DNA of 64,000 nt from Octopus sinensis. Its lineage: Eukaryota. The stretch lies in assembly GCF_006345805.1 (NCBI RefSeq), contig NC_042997.1, forward strand, positions 64,666,001 through 64,730,000, in the 5' to 3' direction. A program made the translations under genes and the position numbers. Each line of letters begins with the position of its first letter. The first letter of the stretch is position 1. Positions 39,721-53,869 of this stretch are shown here, in pieces. The notes under the pieces are model-generated. The model did no database searches and was not told the origin of the DNA. It was given only the letters and a program-made list of their open reading frames with translations.

Positions 39721-40348
39721 TTTACTTTACCACACACTGAAACGTTTAGAAATAGCAGCCAAAGAGTTTTTTTTAGTTATTTCTTCTACTATTTGACTGA
39801 GCCCTAATTATATAACGTAATATTTTAAATATACCTTGAATGGTCCTTTTACATACTGAACACAACTTGGTGAAATTAATTAATGATTAATTAATTTTAC
39901 CTTTTTATTATTGATGATACAATTTCTCTCCCCCTGTTTACTCTATAACTCACGCGGATGGCAGCAGAAGAAGTGCAACACCTCATTCGTACTTTTGAAA
40001 TCGTTAGTACTGCAGTTGAAGATGGTTTGTCTGAGATTACTCATATCAGACGGGTGTGTTCGATTTTTAGTGCTTTCAAATCCAAATTAAGAAATGTTGA
40101 GCTGACGAAGGAAATGTTGAATTTCAAATTCAACTAATCCAGATACGTAACGTTCTCAAATGATCTTTGTACATGTGATATTTTGTTATTTTTCCTCCAT
40201 ATCTACGTGAATTATTTTTGAGTAAACACTGTATGGGAGATTTTTCTTATAGTAGAAGAAATGGCTAAAAAAACTTTTTTGCTGCTATTTCTAAAAGTTT
40301 CAGAGTGTAGTAAAGTAAATAATTTTACTGAGCCCTAATTATATAACG

Positions 40349-40349
<1 letters not shown>
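39721..40349. mobile_element. Probable Penelope-like remnant bounded by inverted and direct repeats
   Basis: About 70-bp imperfect inverted repeat (39721-39790 vs 40251-40319) and a direct repeat ACTGAGCCCTAATTATATAACGT (~39797-39819, 40327-40349). Weak LHFFCCHP motif on the minus strand. Confidence 0.4.
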
Positions 40350-40415
<66 letters not shown>

Positions 40416-40761
40416 CATACACACACATGCATACGTAGATATATGCGTATATACATACATACATACATGCATGCGTGCATGCATGCATAGGCACAGGCAC
40501 ACACACACTGGCCCAAACACATACGCACAAACAAACAAAACAGAACACAGTGTAAATAACGGACAAAGTCAAAGGTATTGAAAAGGTTGCAAGACGCAAG
40601 GAAAATTTTAGGAAAATAAAAATACGAAATAAGTGGAATTGTTTCTCGTGAGTGCGTTAAATTATAAAGCACAAAAAGAAAATGACTCTCCCCAGACACA
40701 ACAGAATACAATTCAACACACGAACTCGCACACAGAATCTTGCAAACCAAATCCCAAAGTG

Positions 40762-40849
<88 letters not shown>

Positions 40850-40879
40850 TTAATCCAAACATGAACAAAGAGAAATAAC

Positions 40880-41252
40880 AACTCGAGTAAGTCGAACAAG
40901 TATAGTATTTTTGGACGCTCAGGAAAGGAAAGAAAGAAGAAGAATTCAACGTTTCGAGCGTAGCACTTCGTCAGAAACATAGAAAAAGTAAAGGTCCAAG
41001 GAAGGAAGAGGAAAAAGAAAATTGCCAACGATACACACACGGTCACATATTGAATGGGTAAAGAAAAAATTCTTTCAAAGACAGGAGAGTACAAAAGAAG
41101 AGGGTATGTGTGTGTATGTATATATATCTATATTTATATAAAGAGAAAACGCAACAGCGCGAGGGCGTGAAACAAGTATAGTGTTATTGGAAGCTTAGGA
41201 AAAGAAAGGAAGAAGGAGGATTTGACGTTTCGTATGTATGTATGTATGTATG

Positions 41253-41285
<33 letters not shown>

Positions 41286-41434
41286 TAATATATATATATA
41301 TATAACGGAAAGGTTTACGAAAATAAACAAAAAGACGAAGGCAGGTGGAGTACAAACAAACAATGTATTAGTATGGCGCTCAGGAATAGAAATAAAACTA
41401 GTCTTTTACGTTTCGAGCCTACGCTCTTCGACAC
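40880..41434 (-). mobile_element. Three short related elements carrying minimal hammerhead remnants, separated by (TA)n
   Basis: CTGACGA...GAAACGTT at 40944-40978; truncated GAAACGTC at 41221-41232; GAGC-GTAG-GCTC-GAAACGTA with mutated core at 41403-41434. Shared GCGCTCAGGA/GACGCTCAGGA flank, also related to 24030-24120. Confidence 0.55.
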
Positions 41435-43017
41435 CAGCAGGTACAGTTCTTTCGTCCGCAATTACTTGATTTCCTTGTGCACATATCATACATGTCTGCC
41501 CGCTTCAGCTAAACATAGATCTGTCTCGAATCTCATGCCCTGCATATTTTCTGAATATTCTTTCATAATTTATGCTTGGTTCCGTGAACTTTTCCTATGT
41601 TTCTTCTTCTCATTCTACGAATTAACATAAACAAAGATCAAAAATGTGATACTCAACTCTCAGTAGTAATTAAACCTGTGTCCACATATGTGCTCGTGAA
41701 CTACTGAGTGTGTTTGCTTGGTCATTTTCGTTTCGTGTGTGTAAACGTTTTAAGTACAGTTTTGATTGCTCAGGCTCTGTATCCACGCACATCTCACTTA
41801 CAACTTGATTCTATAGAAGAGTATAATTTCCCAAATTATTTCCCTGAACGATCAACCTAATATCGATGTCAACAACACGATATTGCTATCAAAACTATTT
41901 ATCGACATAATGCGCAATAATTGTGAAACAGGTTTGAAAGAAATATGTATGAACAATTATAAAACATAATTATACGTATAATATATTCTAAATACTTCTG
42001 CATCGAATTGATCACTAATGAAATGTCAACTCACAAAATAGGAATGTGTGCATTCAATCAATCAACAGGGATGCAATTATAAGGTTTTCCCTTTGTTCGT
42101 AAACAAGATTAGTTATTTACAAAATATCGCTCGCTGGGGTGCAACATCTGCACGTTTAACAAGTAAATTAGAAGAAAATCTCCTTCTTAAATATCAAATA
42201 TAATATAATTAAAATTCCTGCAATGTAATTAAAAATAATGAGCTAATTTATTCATTAGTTAAGTTTACTAGCGTGAATTGATAACATTTAGTAAAAGTGA
42301 TTGAGTATAAAATTTTAATTCTAAAATAATTCTAAATAATCATATTACCTTTCTTTGCAGAAGGCATAAGTAGCGGTTGAGCACTGGTAATCGACTTGCA
42401 CATACGCCCACAAAATGTCAGTGCTTGTGAATATAGTATAAAAGAATTATCACGTATTTCTAAGGCTGTAAGCTTGCAGATTGGTTAGAACTCTGGACAA
42501 AATGCTCAGGGGCATTTGTTCCGATTTCACGGACTGACATCAAATTCCGACATATTGGCTTTTATTATGTCGGGGTAGAAGAAATAAGAACAAGCTGAAC
42601 ATTTGTCCCTCCCCTCATATTTGCTGTTTATTACCACAATTAGAAACATGTATTTAACCTTTATTATCAAACTTTAACACGTGCTGTTTCAATTTTGTAT
42701 CTAGACGCTAATCATTGTATTAGTGATTGGTATTTACTGAGAGAAATAAAAAACAATTATCATGCAGAGGATTTAGTACAAGAACAACAAATTCTCTGAT
42801 TAGAAGTCTATTGACAATATGAAGTCAGAAATTGCCTTCAGGACCTAATCACTATAAAAATTAAACTTAACAAGAGAAATTCTTATGACCTTTCCGAATG
42901 TGTGGTATGATAAACCACACTGAATATTAAACGAGAAAGTGTTGAAAAAAAAATAACGACAGTAAGTTAGATATGCTGTTCTCCATATCTTCGAAAAATA
43001 TCTTTCAATTTTATTAG

Positions 43018-44148
43018 ATCACCATCTGTCAGCTAACATCGAGGAAAGCCGAAATGAAACGTACGTCCGTAAAACAAATCAGCATAACCAAAAGTTTCCA
43101 AAAGTTTACTGATGAAATATTCGAGAACTGCCGTATTTTCAAACATTTAAAAACTTTTCAAAAAATCATGCTTTCGCATAACAATATGTTTTTAAATACA
43201 AATACACTTAATGAAAACAGTAACATTGATATTATTAGCACTAACTGTTCTTTGAATAATAATAGCAACAATATTTGTATTTCTGATATAAATTCCAATC
43301 GCATTCGCTTCCTTAGCAGTAGTACTAAGACTATAAACTCTATTTACGAATGTAAAATTACTTCCAGTTCTGATGTCGTTTTTCTATAGGTAGTTCTTCA
43401 TCCCAGTTGTCCAAAAGAATATCTAATCATTACTCTACATTTAGGAACACAAACAATTTGGTTTGGAATGGAATATTCTATCTACATCCTTTCCTTATGA
43501 TAAAGGTAAGTCGTTTTGTTCGTTGCAAACATTGGCAAAAACATACCTTTAGTTCCTATAAGTGATTTCAACCAATCTATAAAAGTAGACATTTAACTGT
43601 CTTTTACATTTTGCTTCCTCTACATATATCTCTTACCACACATTTAATCTTTATTCCTATTCACATATCGCACTATATTTCCCCACTTTTAATTTTTCTG
43701 CTAATGTCTTTCTTCCTCCTCCTTCTCTTTTTATAAATTGCCTTTGACGTTATATCTATTAAAGTTTTTTATTAATTGAATAAATTACCAGCGTTCCCTT
43801 CATCATATATGCTGTAATCACATTCGGTTAAAATGTCTTATTTTTGTGTTTTGTTTCTCTTTTTATCCCTGATGAGAAGTTTGCATTGTTTTACACCATT
43901 TTATTCTTTCTGGAATAATGTCAATGTTTTCTTCGAAACACATATAAAGATTTGATATGTGTATGCGTGCGGGCCTATATGTGTGTGTTTGGGTGTGTGT
44001 AGATGATGATGGTGATGATTTACTCATCTTGTCAGGCGATAGCCGTCTCAATATCAGTATGATTGATCTGAGTCACTATCACCTTTCCATCTTTGCAGAT
44101 AGGATATTTCATGCCATGTATCCATCGCCATATGACTTTATAAAATAA
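43018..44148 (+). other. Candidate spliced transcript (exons 43018-43060, 43390-43505, 44099-44148), possible 55-aa ORF or lncRNA
   Basis: Acceptors TTTTATTAG, TTTTTCTATAG and TTTCCATCTTTGCAG; donors GTACGT and AAG|GTAAGT; phases are compatible; TAA is followed directly by AATAAA. No recognisable homology. Confidence 0.3.
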
Positions 44149-44779
44149 AAAACAGATTGAGATAAGAAATGATAATGAGCCATCTCTACGTCATAAGATT
44201 TAAGCGAGAAATACTTGTACAACAATTTTGCTATGCTCTCACTCGCCATGGTATATTCCTTTAACAAGCATTGCAAGATGACTTGTACAATTTATACAGC
44301 ACGTTTTGTATCAGATTAGCTTTATTTTACAACAGCTGCCTTCATCTTGTTGAAAAATAACGGGAGCTTCGTTTATACCTTGAAACAAATATATATATAC
44401 CTAGTCTTTACCTTGAAAATAAATATATATAACTTGAATACAGATAGGGGAACTGAGAGTAATGGGGATTCAGGAGTGACTCCAAGCTACCCACAACTCC
44501 AGAACTCCAATCTGCAGCCCCATTGCTTTGATGTCATATTCAGGACACGCACACGTATATACATACCAATACGTGTATATAGAGATACATATGTGTGTGT
44601 GTGTGTGTGTGTGTTGTGTGTGCGCGTGTGTGTGTGTGTGTGTGTCTGAGTTATTGTTGTACTTCGGAATGGTAATTTTTATTTATTTATTTATATATTT
44701 TGGTTAAGTAAACACACACACTATATATTCGTTCTTCTTTCGTTTATTACTGTTCTTATTCTAACTCATATCCATTGTC

Positions 44780-45500
44780 CGGAAAGCTTTCGTCACATAT
44801 CTGTGACCTCCGGTCGACACTTTCCGTCTTCGTGTGTGTTATTGCTCTGCTTATTCTTTTCAACATACAACTTCACATGAGCAATCTTGCAACGCAAATT
44901 CATAAACTTAATCACATGAGCCTCAGCCAGGTTCGCAAAACGTTGAAAAACACTATATTTTGTTGTCTTAAAAACATCATTACAACAGAACAACTTTACT
45001 TCGTAAAGCTGTGTCTGCTTCAGAATATACACTTGCACGGTCACTAACAAGGTGGAAAATCTACAACTAACAAGGAGACAAGCAGAAAGACTAAGAAGAA
45101 TACTAAGGTTAGACACTAAGAGAATTTATACAGACTTAAGTCAACTAGAAAAACGCAAATGTTTGTTACTACGGGAGGTAAAGTACATCACCACACCAAC
45201 AGAGAGAACAACTTTAATGGACATCATACATCAAGAAAGAGTTTACAGCAGACGTATATGCGATAAACGCTTCAGCAAAAAATTTCGCATGGATTAGCTA
45301 TAAAGAACAATCAAGCAGTAAGAAAACCAGAGGTATCCGGATAAAATCAATGCGATATATATGGAAAACGCCGTGCAAATGGCCGAATTTTGTAGGGGCA
45401 ATAAAGTGAACATCTATGGAAATACAACAATCAACTCGGAACAATAGTCCATATTCTAACTACTACCAAAGTTCACCGTATACGGAAAAGTAAATATAAT
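44780..45500 (+). mobile_element. Probable Penelope-like ORF N-terminal fragment
   Basis: Frameshifted basic helical reading (QLYFVKLCLLQN...RLRRILRLDTKR) resembling PLE N-termini, followed by (AAC)-rich decay. The assignment is tentative. Confidence 0.35.
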
Positions 45501-45804
45501 ACGTTCTCCCTCTGAGACAGAAAAAGCATTCACAAAAATTCGTTGAAGCCTGAATAAACATAACAACAACGACACAAACGACTATAACAATAACACAGAC
45601 AACAGCAACAACAATAATAATACCTGTGGACACGTTGACTATAACAACACCACATCAAAAACAATATCAGCAATAGTAGTAACGGTTACTTCACAAACGG
45701 CCACAACAACAACAGCAACAACTATCACAATGGCAATATGAACGATCACAGGATAAGCATTCTAAACGCTCTGACATCAGCATAACACTTGAATTTATCC
45801 AACA

Positions 45805-46715
45805 AGTTCAACAAGCTATTGATTACAGTCTCAGAAAGTCCATGAGGTCAATTGCAAGAGATCTCCATGTGTCAGAAGGAACAGTCAGAAATGCTGTCCA
45901 CGTTGACACCAGATATAACACTTATATGATGAGGAAAGGTCAATTTGTCAGAAAGCAAAAGAAAATAACTGCATTATATCTAAAATGATCTTAGTCAAAC
46001 TGAAACATCTAGCGGAAGAAGATTTGATTTGGTTTTTCTCAAACGAGAAAAACTTCGATCAGGAACAAAAAGTTAACAGAAGAAATTAGAGATGGTTATG
46101 CACAGACCCTTCTGAAGTTCCAAGTGTTAGGTATATAAATTTTCTTGCATCTGTCATGGTTTCAGGGATTGTCAGCAATGAAGGTCATGGGATGCCTCCT
46201 TACTTATTTCCAGAATGTCTTAAATTTAACTCTAACACCCATATTGTGGTTCTGGAAATAATTGGTAAGCCCTGGATAGACATGTATGCTTCAGTAAGAC
46301 TCTGCACTATCACACATGGCTCTAGTAAGACAGGAATAGATGGCTTAAAATATTCATGATCACATAATCCATAACATTTGGCCTACTAGATTTCAATCCA
46401 TTTGTCTATTATATGGGGAGCGTTGTTGAGAGAGAGAGAGCGAGGTCAATGAACACACCTATAACATCAAAGATTTTTTGAAAGCTGCCATAGTCAGATT
46501 AATATTCAAAGTGAGCCAGGACTACTTGATCCGAGCAGGTAGATGCATTAGATATCATATAGACGCAGTTGTTGAAGCTGATGGTAGCTTATTGAATAAC
46601 ATTATAGGACAGAAGGTTTATTTTTCCCTCATAGCATCTTTTGATAAAGTTATTATCTGTTATCGTATAGCTGTTTTTTATAAACATAAATCTGTCCTTA
46701 TATATCTTACGAACC

Positions 46716-46718
<3 letters not shown>
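45805..46718 (+). mobile_element. maT-like (Tc1/mariner superfamily) transposon relic, 5'-truncated
   Basis: SMRSIARDLHVSEGTVRN, WFFSNEKNFDQ, VMVSGIVSNEGHGMPP, DAVVEADG motifs. Right end ...CTTACGAACCCTG|TA into (TA)n. Confidence 0.85.
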
Positions 46719-46801
<83 letters not shown>

Positions 46802-47597
46802 CTTCTAAACACATATAATACGTATGTACCTATGAGTATGTTTGAGCGGAAATATATGCGTGTGTGTCTCTGTGTGTGTATGCGTATATATATATGTATG
46901 TTCCTCATGTATATGCAGCTTCATTCTTACATAACTAAAATAACTTTAAGACATATTGATTTTATAAATTACAATATTACTCCTCTTATAACTTTCTCAT
47001 TCCTCTGTTTATATTTTATATTTTATCTAATATAAATAATTTAATGCATCTAATAATAATAATGATTCTTGTGTATGCATATACATGCAAATACATATGT
47101 ATGTAGGTATATGTATTTATGAATTTTTATGTGTAAGTGTGTATATGTATGAATATGTATGTGTGTATGTATTTCTATTTATATTTATAACTTAAACTAA
47201 CGTATTTGCTAAAATCTCTGAAGAAGCCTAGAGAATCACCCAAGTACCTCAATTTCATCTGCTAATTATTTCAGTCTACTGGAAGAATAAAGGTAGATTC
47301 AGGTATGTTTGCCTCTTGGCTGAAACAGCTGTAAGATATTTTCCCAATTTCTATTCCTGTATGTTAGATATTTTAATAATTACTGGTATCTTTATATATT
47401 ATATATGTAAAGTATATGTTATACATGTATATATATATATTGTTGTAATTGTCATTTTAGTAATAAATAATTGACATAATATAATGTCTAAAAGTTGATG
47501 AATACCACCTATTGATCCCCATCATTTTCTTACTGCTTTCTCTCTCTCTTTCCATATATATATACATATATATACATATATATATATATATATTATA

Positions 47598-47638
<41 letters not shown>

Positions 47639-47644
47639 TTATTT

Positions 47645-47852
47645 TATTCCTTTATTTAATTCAGTAATTTGACTGAGGCCAGGCTGGAGCAGCGCCTTTA
47701 GTCGAACAAATCGCCCCAGGACCTATTTCCTGTAAGCCTAGTACTTATACCATCAGGCTCTTTTGCAGAACCATTAAGTTACAGGGACATAAACACACCA
47801 TCATTTGTTTGCCAAGCGATGTTGGGAGGCGCAATCACAGACACACAAATAC

Positions 47853-47951
<99 letters not shown>

Positions 47952-48102
47952 CACGCCGGGCTTCTTTCAGTTTCTGTCTATCAAATCCACTCCCATGACT
48001 TTGGCCGGCCCGAAGCTATAATAGAAGCTACTTACCCAACATTCCAAGCAGAGTGACTGAACCCGAAACCTTGTGGTTGAGAAGCAAGCTTCTTACCACA
48101 CA
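47645..48102 (-). mobile_element. SINE-A with internal (TA)n
   Basis: Same modules as 501-900. Confidence 0.8.
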
Positions 48103-49185
48103 CCCAATACACATCTACATATGCATCTGGGTACATGTTTAAATAGGTATATACATGTATGTATATATTGAGGCATATATTTATATATTAACATATGTAT
48201 ATATGTGAAAGTTTTTTTGTATCTGTGTCTGTATGTGTGTCTGCGTGTGTGCGTGTGTTTTCGTGTGTGTATTTGAGTGTCGGTGTACGTTTATATTTTT
48301 TACGTGAAGTATATTATTGTAGCGAATGAAATATGTTCCATAATGGAAATGTCCATTGATGCAGTTAAATGGAAAAAGTGAATTGTGAATCTTAATTCAC
48401 AAAATTTTAATTAGAATTCTATATATAAAGAAAATGAACCAAATAGGGTTGTTTATGAAACTCCTGCTGCCTAAAGCATCTTATACGATATAAGTTAACA
48501 ATCACCTATAATTGGAAAATATTTACTCATGCTCGACTTCTGAAATACAATGTTTCTTGAAATGTATATTTGTCATACTTCTAGTTGTATGAATAGATGT
48601 GTGCATACACACACAGGCAAACAGATGTATGTATGCATTTTTGTGCATATATATATATATGTGTGTGTATGTGTGTGTATGTTTGTATGTATAAATATAT
48701 ATGAATATATACATATACGTATGTATACATACAGATATACATATATATATATATGTGTGTCTGTGTGTCTGAGTGTATGCGTGTGTATGTATATATGTAT
48801 ATGTACAAATACGTATATAAACAAGAAAAATGTTAGATCTATTACTACATATATTTACAAGTGTATCAACTGATTTCTATCTCGTGAATATTTATATATT
48901 ATGCAACCATCGATTATGTGGTATCATTGTTGAGTACTGAATTCTAGTACGTTGTTCTTCGTGGATGATGCTGAAGCTACGATCTCGTGATCGTGAGTGC
49001 AGCACCCAACACACTGGGTTATATATAGACGCGTGTGCGTGTGTGTGTGTTTGTAATTATAATTTGAATGCTAAAACAACTAAATCATTGAGTATGTTTG
49101 AGCAGTGAAAGGCATACTCACAGCGAATGATAAATTAACATTTCGTTGAATTACATATGTTCTTTCTCAGTAGTCAGATCATTTA

Positions 49186-49850
49186 AAGCTGGAGAGCTGA
49201 CTGAATCGTTAACATGGTAAGCAAAATGCTCAGCGGCAAACCCTTTTACGCTCCGAGTTCAAATTCCGCCGAAGTCAATTTTGCTTCTCCTCATTTCGGG
49301 TTCGATATAAGTGCCAGTTGTGCACTGCAGTCGATGTAATCGACTTACCCCTACCTCAAAACTGCTGGCCATGTGCCAAAATTTGAAATCAGTATTTAGA
49401 TCGTTTCAAAGCGGTAGCTGGCGGAATCGTTACAGCGCCGGCTAAAATGCTTAGCTGCATTTCGTCTGTCTTTATGTCCAGAGTTCAAATTCCAGAAGGC
49501 CAACGTTGCTTTTCATTCTTCCGAGGACGATTAAGAACATAGAAGTCAAGCATTGGGAACGATTTAATCGACATACACACTCCTCCACAATTTTAGATCT
49601 TGTGCCAATATTTCAAACCAATATTCGAATAAATTTAAGCCACAGAGCTGGTGGAAGAGTTATCGTGTCGAACAAAATGCTTAGTGGTATCTCTTGAGAA
49701 TTTAAGTTCTGAGTTCAAATGCCACCGAGGTCCACATTGCTTTCACCCCTTAGAAGTCAATAAAATATTTGTTCATAGTGGCTTCGACGTAATAGACTTA
49801 CCTCCTTCCTAGAAATTGCTGTCATGTTGCCAAAATTTGATACCAATGTT
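49186..49850 (+). mobile_element. Three head-to-tail diverged SINE-B copies
   Basis: GAGTTCAAAT B-box at about 49256, 49481 and 49712. Each copy ends in TGCCAAAATTTGA(A/T)ACCA-like tail 3. Confidence 0.7.
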
Positions 49851-50454
49851 TAGATCATTTTGTCTTTAGTCTTTTCCGTTTTTATTTGGCAATAACCTAT
49901 ATATATATATATATATTGTATGCTCGAAATACAAATAGGAAATTTTAGCAACAATTTAATATTCTTATATTGGAATCTTATGTAATAATCTTTAATCAAA
50001 ATGCATATGCATGTGAAGATACACATGACCGCCTTGGTACTCTACGACAATTAAATCTCCAAAGATTTTGATTTATGCTTAATTTATCTGAAACATTCCA
50101 AGTGTCTTATTAAATGTTGGTAATTTTAAAGAGACATTCCATTGTCAAAGCTTCGCATATTTGGCGCAATTGCAGATTGGTTGTAGTTCTCTAAACGTGT
50201 AAAGATATAAAATAATCCTCTGTGTTCGGTATACTGCATAATTAAATTTTATCAATATCTGATACGTAGCCTTTACTGGAACTTCTGATTTTAGACTGAT
50301 ATTCGATAACATATGTAGATGATATTGTTGGTTGCAAGAACACAACATTCGGCGTACGTTTTGCATAGCTTATAATGATAGTAAATAGAAAACATGATCG
50401 GTTAGATGTTACGAGTAGGTTGTGGAGATGTTGCATTTCAAAAGTGTATGGTCG

Positions 50455-50665
50455 CAGGAGTGGCCTATACATGGGTCCTGGTTTAGTCCCAGCGCATGGT
50501 ACCTTGGGTAAGTGTCTTGTACTATAGCCTCGGTCCGACCAAAGCCTTGTGTGTAGATTTGGTAGACGGAAACTGAAAGAAGCCCGTTAGTGGCTTCAGT
50601 AGACGGAAAATTTAAGAAGTCTGTCATATATATATATATACATACTTATATATATATATATATAC

Positions 50666-50757
<92 letters not shown>

Positions 50758-50910
50758 CATATATATATGTATGTATGTATTTATGTCTGTGGAATTGTAT
50801 CTGTATTTGTTATCCCCCACTATCGCTTAGAAACCGATGTTGGTGTTTTAACGTCCCCGTCACTTTGCGGTTGGGCAGAGGATATCAGTAGAATAAGCAC
50901 TAGGCATTCT
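50455..50910. mobile_element. Two SINE-A pieces fused in opposite orientation
   Basis: Head and CORE piece 50455-50585 joined to GTAGACGGAAAATTTAAGAAG...(TA)n...tail piece. Confidence 0.55.
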
Positions 50911-51066
50911 TTGCTGCAATAATTTAAGTAAAAAAGTTTCTTATTCTTTACTTTACTAGAAGTAATAATTTGTCATATACTTTTCCAGGTGTAATAACTT
51001 GTTCTATACATTTCCACATTTATAATCTTAAGAATACTACTTTGCATGCTCACATTTTTCCATGTA

Positions 51067-51099
<33 letters not shown>

Positions 51100-51424
51100 C
51101 CACTGGCCGGTCTAAACCTCGTTAGTGGATTTTGTACACGGAAACTAAAAGAATTCTGTTGTATATATGTGTTTATTTATGTGTACGTGTGTGTTCTATA
51201 CCCACCATTGTTTGACAACCGATGTTGCTGTGTTTATGTTCCCGTAACTTGGTGGTTCGGTAAAAGTCACTAATAGAATAAGTACTAGGCTTACAAAGAA
51301 TAAAATTTGTGGCGAATTTGTTCGACCAACGGCGGTGCTCCAGCATAGCCGCTGTTACATAACTGAAACAAGTAAAACAACAAAAAGACTATAGTAATTT
51401 AATCCCGAGCAAGGGGAAGAGATA

Positions 51425-51778
51425 TGTGGAGGCGCAATGGCCTAGTGGTTAAGGCAGCGGTTTCGATTCCCAGACCGGAGATTGTGAGTGTTTATTGAGC
51501 AGAAACACCTAAAGCTCCACGAGGCTCCGGCAGGGGGTGGTGGCGAACCCTGCTGTGCACTTTCACTACAACTATCTCTCACGCTTTCTGTTTCTATTGT
51601 ATCTGTATTTCAAATGGTCAGCATTATCATACTCTGTGTCACAATGAATCTCCTTGAGAACTACGTTAAAGGTACACGTGTCTGTGGAGTTCTCAACCAC
51701 TTGCACGTTAATTTCGTGAGCAGACTGTTCCGTTTATCGGATCAAGTTGAGCCCTCGTCGTCATAAACGACGGAGTGC
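51425..51778 (+). mobile_element. tRNA-derived SINE, family D
   Basis: GCGCAATGGCCTAGTGGTTAAG A-box, GGTTTCGATTCCC B-box, ~350-nt body ending CGTCGTCATAAACGACGGAGTGCC. Confidence 0.65.
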
Positions 51779-51812
51779 CCCCCCCCCCCGCACACACACA
51801 CACATATATATA

Positions 51813-51856
<44 letters not shown>

Positions 51857-52540
51857 ATGTATGTATACACACATATATCTATATATTTGTATTAATATCT
51901 AACCATCTATTTACCTACCTACCTGTATTTATATAAATGAATATACATTCAATTTGGTGATATTTCATTTCTTTAGTAATTCGTTTATATTCAATAATTT
52001 AAAATGTACCTAAGCGGTAGATGACCCTGTAAACGGGAAAAAAAAATTTTCGTTTTTGTTATGAATTGGATTGCTTAATTTTGGGAACCTTTTTCTCTAT
52101 TCTCTAATTCAAAGCTGTATTGAGTATAGGAGCTCATATCAGCCAACTTTGTGCTTATAATACATTCTTGCATCTGCATTGTTTTTAACACGACACGGTA
52201 TTAGTTTTATAGCAGAATTAATATTTAACGACTAAAGAGATGGATTGTTTGTGATTGTGTGGTTGAGCGCGTGATAGATACATACATAAATAAATATATG
52301 CACAGACACGCGCGCGCGCACGCACATGCACACACACACACACATACTCACACACACATAGGCTCCTTTCAGTTTCCATCTACCAAATCCACTCAGAAGG
52401 CTTTGTCCGCCCGAAGGCTATAGTAGTAGACACTTACCGAAGGAGCCTGCACCCGGAATCATGTGGTTGGGGAGCAATCTTCTTCCCCACGCCTGTATTT
52501 AGATATATATATATATAACTATATATCGATAAACATATAC

Positions 52541-52597
<57 letters not shown>

Positions 52598-53638
52598 GTA
52601 TACGTATGGCGAATATGTGTCTGATTTTCTATTGCATGTATAAATACCACACTCTATAACTACACACAATATACAATTGCTGTAAAATAAGTAATGTAAA
52701 TCATTATTTGTTAATGTTTGTTTTATAATGTAAATATTTTGAATTCTAAGCAACACAAGCGCTTTTAATAATGCGACATGTAAAATATGGTAATACTTAG
52801 TTGTTGTTTTTTAAACATCATATAACATTACGTTGATACGCTGACAGTATGATTTAAAACGTTTCAGCTGCATCAAATGACAGAGTTGATACTATTTACA
52901 AATTTGTTTTACTTTTGTTTTATCGAAGACGATATCTGTTAGTTTTATATTAATCTATTTATCTATGAATATAGATAAATATAATATCATTTAATATTAT
53001 TATACGCATTATAAGATTAGAATAATTTCCAAACATAATTTTCAACAGCATAGACTTTTACGAAACTATTTTTAATTTTTCTCTCAGCTTAATACTTGAA
53101 AAATACCTATAAACATATACCACTACTTTGACATTCGTCACTTACAAGTGAATACGAAGAAAGGCAACTGATTACGGAAATAACCATTTAATCTTAGTAA
53201 ACATTTCATTGAAAATAAAAGCTTCTGTTGCCCACTCCTGACCAAATGAATTTAGAACTGTATAATCAGTCACATAATTTGATTTTAATTTTCATCAACG
53301 TATACTCATATTAGACAGCAGAACTATTACCAGGAGGGGTAACGTAATAACGTTTTTGTCCTGAGTCATAAGACTGAAAACATTTGTCTAAACTATATTG
53401 ACAAACTTACTCGAGGCTCTCAAGTATCAACACCAGCGAAATACACACCAAAGTTAAGAAGCACCTATGGTGACATTCACGATAAAACAGAAATGAAAAT
53501 AACAAAAATAGAACTATGTAATATAAAGTAACGATTTTACGACTAAACGAAGTTCCTATTGCGTCTGTGGACCACAAAATCACCACTATTAGAAGCTGTA
53601 AGTACAGGCAAAATTAATCCTCTTGTGAATATTATATA

Positions 53639-53869
53639 TTTCTTTACTACCCACAAGGGGCTAAACACAGAGGGGACAAACAAGGACAGACAAAGGGACT
53701 AAGTCGATTACATCGACCCCAGTGCGTAGCTGGTACTTAATTTATCGACCTCGAAAGGATGAAAGGCAAAGTCGACCTCGACGGAATTTGAACTCGGAAC
53801 GTAACGACAGACGAAATACGGCTACGCATTTCGCCCGGCGTACTAACGTTTCTGCCAGCTCTCTGCCTT
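53639..53869 (-). mobile_element. SINE-B, full length, Tx1-like tail
   Basis: Well-preserved head, core and tail, close to 29161-29389. Confidence 0.9.

Noticed and set aside
49186-49850. CRISPR-like or regularly spaced repeat array
   Set aside because: The units are diverged whole SINEs in eukaryotic DNA, with no short identical repeats, unique spacers or cas genes.
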